From Pirellulaceae bacterium (GTDB lineage Bacteria > Planctomycetota > Planctomycetia > Pirellulales > Pirellulaceae), in contig JANNWJ010000006.1 in NCBI GenBank assembly GCA_031414755.1, forward strand, positions 32,863-96,862: 64,000 nucleotides of DNA, given 5' to 3'. Under the pieces are notes generated by a model. The model had not been told where the DNA came from. It worked only from the letters and a program-made list of their open reading frames with translations, and made no database searches. Positions 57,929 to 64,000 of this stretch are shown here, one piece after another; position 1 is the first letter of the stretch; every line of letters starts with the position of its first letter. The position numbers were made by a program, and so were the translations under genes.

Positions 57929-60900
57929 ATGAACCTCCACACAGAAATCAATTTCGAAGCCGAAATCTGCGACCATCTGTCGTCAGCCGGTTGGCTGTAC
58001 GACGTATTCGATGCGGCAGAATACGACCGCCAGCATGCCTTGTTTCCAGCCGATTTGTTGGTGTGGGTGCAGGAAACCCAACCCGATGCCTGGGAAGCTC
58101 TCACCAAAAATCACGGTGATGCCGCAGGTCAAACACTGCTGAGTCGATTGCGGGATTCACTTAACCAAAGCGGCACGCTGCACGTTTTGCGCAATGGATT
58201 CGACGTTCTGGGCGTGCGCAGCAAACTCAAAATGGCCCAGTTCAAGCCAGCGCTGGCTATGAATCCCGACATCATGCGGCGGTACTCGGCTAATCGACTG
58301 CGAGTCGTTCGACAAGTCCGGTATTCAATACACAACGAAAACAATATAGACCTGGTGCTTTTTCTGAATGGTATTCCGGTCGCGACTGTCGAATTGAAAA
58401 CCGACTTTACACAAAGCATCGAAGACGCCGTTGACCAATATCGCTTCAACCGAATCCCCAATCCCAAGGGACAGAACCCGGAGCCCTTGCTGTCATTTCC
58501 AAACGGAGCGCTCGTCCATTTCGCCGTCAGCAACAGCAAAGTGAAAATGACGACACGGCTGTCAGGGCCCGGTACAACGTTTCTGCCGTTCAATCAGGGC
58601 GACAACGGCGCAGCGGGCAATCCTCCCAACCCCAATGGCCACAAGACTGATTACCTGTGGGAACGAGTCTGGCAACGCGATAGCTGGTTGGACATCCTCG
58701 GTCGCTATTTGATCGCTGAACGTGACGACAAAAAAAACATCACGAAAATTATCTTTCCGCGATTTCATCAACTCGATGTGACTCGTGAACTGGTGTCCGC
58801 TGTCCTGGCAGACGGACCGGGAAACAAGTACCTGATCCAGCACTCGGCCGGCAGCGGAAAAACCAATTCCATTGCCTGGACGGCTCATTTTTTGAGCGAC
58901 CTGCACGACGCCGATGACAAGAAAGTCTTTGATTCGGTCCTGGTGATCTCCGATCGCAATGTAATCGATGGCCAGTTGCAGGATGCCATAAACAGTTTTG
59001 AACGCACCAGCGGCGTTGTGGCAACGATTAAGGGGACGTCCGGTAGTAAAAGTGCCGAGTTGGCGGAGGCCCTTTCGGGGGACAAAAAGGTGGTCGTGTG
59101 TACGATCCAGACGTTTCCGTTCGCTTTGGAGGCCGTCCGTGAACTTACGGCGACCCATGGCAAACGGTTCGCAGTGATCGCCGACGAGGCCCATTCCTCA
59201 CAAACGGGTCTGGCAGCGTCCAAGTTAAAACAAGTGCTGTCTGTTGAAGAACTCAAGGACCTGGAAGATGGTGGGGAAATCAGCACCGAGGATATTCTGG
59301 TTTCTCAAATGCAGGCGCGGGCCAATGACGTCGGGATCACGTACGTTGCGTTCACCGCGACGCCCAAAGCAAAAACGCTTGAAACGTTTGGGCGATTGGC
59401 CGATCCGACCAGGCCCAAAGGCAAGGACAACCTGCCGCAACCGTTCCACGTCTACTCGATGCAGCAGGCAATCGACGAAAAATTTATCCTCGATGTTCTG
59501 GAAAACTACCTGACGTACAAGCTGGCTTTCAAACTGGCGAACCAGGGCAAGGAATGGGACGAGAAGGAGGTTGAGCACGGCGAGGCGATGAAGGGGCTGA
59601 TGCGTTGGGTTCGGCTTTACCCTTACAACATTTCCCAGAAGGTTCAAATCGTTGTCGAGCACTTCCGCGAAATGGTGGCTCCGCTACTCGACGGCAAAGC
59701 CAAAGCGATGGTCGTCACCGCCAGCCGCGTTGAAGCTGTGCGGTGGCGGTTGGCAATCAACAAGTACATCAAGGATCGCGGCTATGCGATCAGGACGCTG
59801 GTCGCATTCTCGGGTGAGGTCAACGACAAGGAATCGGGCCCGGAACCTTTTAGGGAAACAAGTGCCGAAATGAACCCGAACCTGAAGGGTCGCGAAATTC
59901 GCAAGGCCTTTGATGGGGACGAGTATCAAATCCTGCTGGTTGCGAACAAATTTCAAACCGGGTTCGATCAGCCGTTGCTTTGCGGAATGTACGTTGACAA
60001 GAAACTGGCGGGAATCCAGGCCGTGCAAACCCTCTCACGACTTAACCGCTGCTATCCGGGCAAGGACACACCTATGTGCTGGATTTCGTAAACGACTCAA
60101 AGGTCGTGCTGGAGGCCTTTAAAACGTATTACACAACGGCCACCCTGGAAGATGTGACCGACCCGAATATCGTGCTCAACTTGCGCTCGAAACTGGACGG
60201 TTACGGCTTCTACGACGAACCGGAAATTGAACGAGTCGTTGCCGTCGAACTCGATCCGAACGCCATGCAAAAACAACTCGACGCCGCCATTGCCCCGGTG
60301 GCCGACCGATTGCTGAAACAGTTTGCCAGTGCAAAAGCCGCGTTCAAAGAGGCAGATGCCGCAAAAAACAAGGTAGCGGCCAAAGCAGCCAGGGACAAAA
60401 TGAACGTACTGTTGTTGTTCCGCTCCGATGTGATCTCGTATTTACGGGTTTACACTTTCATGTCGCAAATCTTCGACTACGGGAATACGGACTTCGAAAA
60501 GCGGGCGATTTTCTTCAAATACCTGGTGCGGCTGCTGAAATTCGGCCGGGAACGCGAAGGGGTCGATTTGTCGCAAGTGGTTTTGACGCATCACATGCTG
60601 AAAGACAAAGGCAAGCAAAACATGAAACTTGCCGACGCTAAGTACCCGGAGTTGCACCCATTATCGGAAGTTGGCAGCGGCGAGGTTCGGGAAACCCAAA
60701 AAGCCTATTTGCGTGAGATCATTGCCAAAGTTAACGACTTGTTCAAAGGTGAATTGACGGACAACGACAAACTGGTCTACGTCAACAACGTCATCATGGG
60801 AAAACTGCTTGAATCGAACAAACTCCGACAACAAGCGTCGAGCAACTCCAAACAACAGTTCTCAAATTCGCCGGACCTAAGCAAGGAAATCATGGACGCC

Positions 60901-61044
60901 ATCATCGAAGCGATGGATGCCCACGAATTGATGAGCAACCAGGCGTTAGACTCGGAAGTGGTCCGAAATGGCCTCAAAGAGATCCTGCTGGGCCCAGCCC
61001 GATTGTACGAAGCCCTCCGCGGCGAAACTGACGAAGCGGCGTGA
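57929..61044 (+). pseudogene. hsdR: Type I restriction enzyme R subunit, split by a frameshift near 60066-60075
   Basis: The N-terminal nuclease motif is IDLVLFLNGIPVATVELK. Helicase motif I is HSAGSGKTNS and motif II is ADEAHSSQ. ORF 1 ends YPGKDTPMCWIS*, while the adjacent frame reads TYVLDFVNDSKVVLEAFKTYY, the expected continuation. Confidence 0.85.
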
Positions 61045-61256
61045 TCGGTACTGATTTGGATGGTGGTTTTCCGATTTGACGGAATGCCCGGCGGATTGTG
61101 AATGTCACAGGAGTTTGAACGGCAGGATTGGTGACTGCCAAATCTTTCGGCTTGTTTTCGTTTCTCAAGGCGTTCACTGGCGACCGAATAGTAATTTCCA
61201 GTCAACCACGATACCTTGATGCATATTCGGACCACGATTGTCCAGAGAGATTCCAT

Positions 61257-62036
61257 ATGTTTCCGCTCGGTGATGACAACTCGGATCGTGCGTCGTTTCC
61301 GATCGTCAATCTGTCAATGATCGTGGTCAATGTCCTGGTCTTTGTCTTGTTGCAAGGTATGGGAAGCAACGACAACTTCACCATGGCCTTTTCTATCGTT
61401 CCTGCCGAGATTATTTCGGGGCGGGACATTATTACCGACTCCCGGACCGTACAAATTGACTCGGTGGAGGGCCCTCAACAAGTTACGATTCCAGGACTGC
61501 AAAAAACACCTTTCTCCATTTATTTGACTTTGTTGACATCGATGTTCATGCACGGGGGTGTGGCACATTTGCTGGGGAATATGTGGTTCCTATGGATCTT
61601 TGGGGACAACATCGAACAAAGCCTGGGGCGATTGCGTTTTGTTTTGTTTTATTTGCTTTGCGGTTTGATCGCCTCGATGGCTCATGTTTTGCTCAATCGG
61701 ACCGGTGACTCCTCAATGATCCCGAGTCTCGGTGCCTCAGGTGCGATTTCCGGTGTCATGGGCGCTTATTTGGTTTTGCATCCGCGACGCAGCGTGACCG
61801 TGCTGATATTGCGAGTGGTTACGCAGGTACCTGGATTTGTTGCCGTTGGACTTTGGTTTGTATTCCAGGTCATCAGCGGTCTTGGAATTTTGGGAGGCAT
61901 GGAAACAGGAGTGGCTTACGGGGCGCACGTCGGTGGATTCATCGCCGGAGTGGCACTGGTCAAACCGTTTTCATTGGGCAGACCGGCCAAAGTGCAAAGT
62001 CTCAACTGGCGGCATGACAGGCGCAGACGGCGATAA
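61257..62036 (+). CDS. Rhomboid-family intramembrane serine protease
   Basis: HGGVAHLLGNMWFLWIFG, the catalytic Ser region GASGAISGVMGAY, and AHVGGFIAG are present. Confidence 0.9.
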   Translation: MFPLGDDNSDRASFPIVNLSMIVVNVLVFVLLQGMGSNDNFTMAFSIVPAEIISGRDIITDSRTVQIDSVEGPQQVTIPGLQKTPFSIYLTLLTSMFMHGGVAHLLGNMWFLWIFGDNIEQSLGRLRFVLFYLLCGLIASMAHVLLNRTGDSSMIPSLGASGAISGVMGAYLVLHPRRSVTVLILRVVTQVPGFVAVGLWFVFQVISGLGILGGMETGVAYGAHVGGFIAGVALVKPFSLGRPAKVQSLNWRHDRRRRR

Positions 62037-62286
62037 ATGGTTCTGCCAATCCGGTTTACTTCAGCAAATCCGGTTTCCTGCCCGGCTGCATAAATGTCAT
62101 ATTGGAACCGTGCTATTTCGCAGTTGGCCTGTTCAAGGCGATATCATGCGTTTTTCTGAACGCACGATGTTGGGTACATGAAAAACGGCCCAATTAGGGT
62201 TATCATGCAACGTGGAAGTTCAAGTTTGATAGAATTGGTCGCATTGCGTTTAATAAAATAACGATTCGCCATCTGGAGAGTTCAAA

Positions 62287-62712
62287 GTGAAGAATGTTGC
62301 AATGGTCGTTGGACTTTTGTTAGTCGTCGTAGGACTGGTTGGCTATGGCATGCCTCAGGCAATTGTGACTGACAGCGAAGGTGAACTGGTCGAGAAGGTT
62401 CGAAGCTGGACAGCGTTAATCCCGGCGATCGTCGGTTTGCCCATTTTGCTTTGCGGCATTTGGATTGCCGTAAAACCATCGGCGACGAAAACGGCCATGC
62501 ATGTCGCAGCAACCTTTGGCATGCTGGGAGCGCTGGCATCGACGGGTCGTGCCGTTTCCGCCCTGATCGGCCTGGTCAGGGCCGAGGGGGAGTTCAATCA
62601 GCGCACATTCGCTTTTTTGTCGATCATGGCGGTCCTGTGCTGGATGTTTGTGATCTTTTGTGTGGGCTCGTTTATCCAGGCACGAAAGGTACGCGTCAGG
62701 TCGCAGTCGTAA
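62287..62712 (+). CDS. Small four-TM membrane protein (hypothetical)
   Basis: It has a GTG start and four hydrophobic helices. I recognise no motif. Confidence 0.5.
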   Translation: MKNVAMVVGLLLVVVGLVGYGMPQAIVTDSEGELVEKVRSWTALIPAIVGLPILLCGIWIAVKPSATKTAMHVAATFGMLGALASTGRAVSALIGLVRAEGEFNQRTFAFLSIMAVLCWMFVIFCVGSFIQARKVRVRSQS

Positions 62713-63245
62713 CGAATGCTTCGTTTGACGACGATCGTTTTTTCATTGCTGTCGGATTTCTCCCGCGAATCGGCATTTCACGTCCGAAGCTATTTGCAAA
62801 GATTCCAGTTTCTCCACCGGTTTTTCCGGTTCGCCCATTTTGCGTTTCTTGCAGGCAACGACGTTGGCAATGCTTTTGAGCCTTTCCCGGTTGGCGCCGT
62901 TTGATTTATGTTGGCAAAATATCAATGGGTTGTCGAATTTTGAGTCCCCTCAAATTTCAAGCGTGTGGGTCTTAATAATCAATTCTCCGGGAGATTCAGT
63001 TCCAAAACCCATTCCTCTGGATTCGTGAAGGGTTTACATCGAGTGAGGATAATGCGTTTGCCAATAATTTCCGAACGAACTGATTTCCAAAGGCCAGGGG
63101 TGGTTGGCATACCAGTTGCATAGTTGTTACGTTCCAACGCTGTCGTATGCTACGCAGAATTGCTTTTCAATACGGGACTTTTCAAATGACTTCACAGGAA
63201 AACCTGAAGATGAGTACCATTGATGACCGCTACCTGTGTTCTGTA

Positions 63246-64000
63246 ATGAAGCAACCTGGTCGCCTGGCGACCATATTGGTATTTGCGCTCATATGTTTGC
63301 CTTGGACCGCCGCCGGTCAACAACCAGCCGACGTGCCACCGGAACCTGATCAAGAAGTCTTGCCCTCACCGACTGGTGACGACAACGTGTCGGTGCTAAC
63401 GCGTGGACCGTTGCACGAAGCATTTGCTGCGGCGTATTTAAGCAACCCCGAACCCGTTTCGGCGGTGAATGTTCAACCTCCTGAACCGATCGACGAAATT
63501 CCGCCGGCCTACAAACCGGATGGGGAAAATATTGAATGGATATCAGGCTATTGGGCATGGGATGCCGAACAAAATGACTTTATCTGGATCAGCGGAATAT
63601 GGCGCGAAATTCCTCCAGATCAACAATGGATTCCCGGTTACTGGGCCGATGGAACTGATGGATGGCGGCGGATCTCCGGTTTTTGGACAAGTCTTGGCAC
63701 GGAGCAAATCGACTATCTTCCGATGCCTCCCCAATCCGTTGAAAATGGTCCGTCCAGCAATTCACCGGTAGCCGAACACTTTTACGTTCCAGGCAACTGG
63801 GTTTACCAGGCGAACGCCTATGCCTGGCAAGCTGGATATTGGGCGCCTGCCCACGAACACTGGGTTTGGGTACCCGCCCAGTATTACTGGACTCCTGCCG
63901 GTTGTGTTTATGTGGCTGGTTACTGGGATTACGAGTTTTCAAACCGTGGCCTGGTTTTCGCTCCGGTGCACTTTGATCGACATTACCATTCGCGTCCCGA
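63246..64000 (+). CDS. Secreted YXWGXW-type W/Y-rich repeat protein (partial, continues beyond the window)
   Basis: This ORF is not in the supplied track because it has no stop within the window. My translation is MKQPGRLATILVFALICLPWTAAGQQ... with repeats WISGYWAWD, WISGIWRE, WIPGYWAD, PGNWVY, AGYWAP, WVWVPAQYYW and AGYWDY. In-frame ATGs also occur at 63186 and 63210. Confidence 0.6.
   Translation, partial: MKQPGRLATILVFALICLPWTAAGQQPADVPPEPDQEVLPSPTGDDNVSVLTRGPLHEAFAAAYLSNPEPVSAVNVQPPEPIDEIPPAYKPDGENIEWISGYWAWDAEQNDFIWISGIWREIPPDQQWIPGYWADGTDGWRRISGFWTSLGTEQIDYLPMPPQSVENGPSSNSPVAEHFYVPGNWVYQANAYAWQAGYWAPAHEHWVWVPAQYYWTPAGCVYVAGYWDYEFSNRGLVFAPVHFDRHYHSRP

Noticed and set aside
61045-61256. 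Searched for an att-like direct repeat of the tRNA-Val 3' end, and for an integrase, to delimit the R-M island
   Set aside because: By eye I found no copy of GGTTCGAGTCCCTCAACGCCCA, and no integrase gene anywhere in 49.7-61.3 kb. Island borders therefore remain inferred from gene content and composition only.
62743-62925. 60-aa basic minus-strand ORF in the 530-bp gap before the YXWGXW-repeat gene
   Set aside because: It has no motif, no obvious ribosome-binding site context and no homologue that I can recall. It is left unannotated.

Overview
This 64 kb window is a chromosomal segment that looks like a Planctomycetota (Planctomycetaceae-type) genome of roughly 50% GC. That assignment is inferred from gene content, frequent ATGA/GTGA translational coupling, YXWGXW-type and N/Q-rich secreted proteins, and GC-rich hairpin repeats; no database search was possible. 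All family names come from motifs I recognise in the supplied translations.

Layout:
- 0.5-4.6 kb: an unusual three-gene MotA/ExbB-like plus ExbD-like coiled-coil operon.
- 4.7-6.9 kb: an AP2-domain protein, rpmB, and a truncated UvrC/Cho-like nuclease.
- 6.9-14.7 kb: a kynurenine / 2-amino-3-carboxymuconate-semialdehyde catabolic cluster (kynU, cyclase-fold gene, SDR, ALDH, RidA, ACMSD).
- 14.7-21.7 kb: a seven-gene coupled RDD / DUF95 / TM / DUF4129 / DUF4350 / MoxR / DUF58 module.
- 21.7-24.8 kb: two secreted proteins.
- 24.8-25.2 kb: a duplicated hairpin-repeat array.
- 25.2-49.6 kb: cysS, then envelope genes (GT-C/GT2 pair, Skp-lpxC-lpxA-oxidoreductase, ABC-2 permease, IMPase, LptF/G, ComF, DUF502, fliW-csrA, a response regulator, O-antigen ligase-TPR, WecA-like).
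- 49.6-61.0 kb: tRNA-Val followed by a decayed, mobile-element-riddled Type I R-M island. It holds hsdM, REP/RayT module 1, hsdS, three copies of the hsdS 3' end, a Tn5-like IS inserted into a REP, a second REP/Y1-transposase module, a PRiA4_ORF3-like passenger, rloA/rloB remnants and a frameshifted hsdR.
- 61.3-64.0 kb: a rhomboid protease, a small membrane protein, and a partial YXWGXW-repeat protein running off the window.

The best candidates for under-described biology are the MotA-like/ExbD-like coiled-coil triad, the seven-gene MoxR module, and the two REP-transposase modules nested in the R-M locus.
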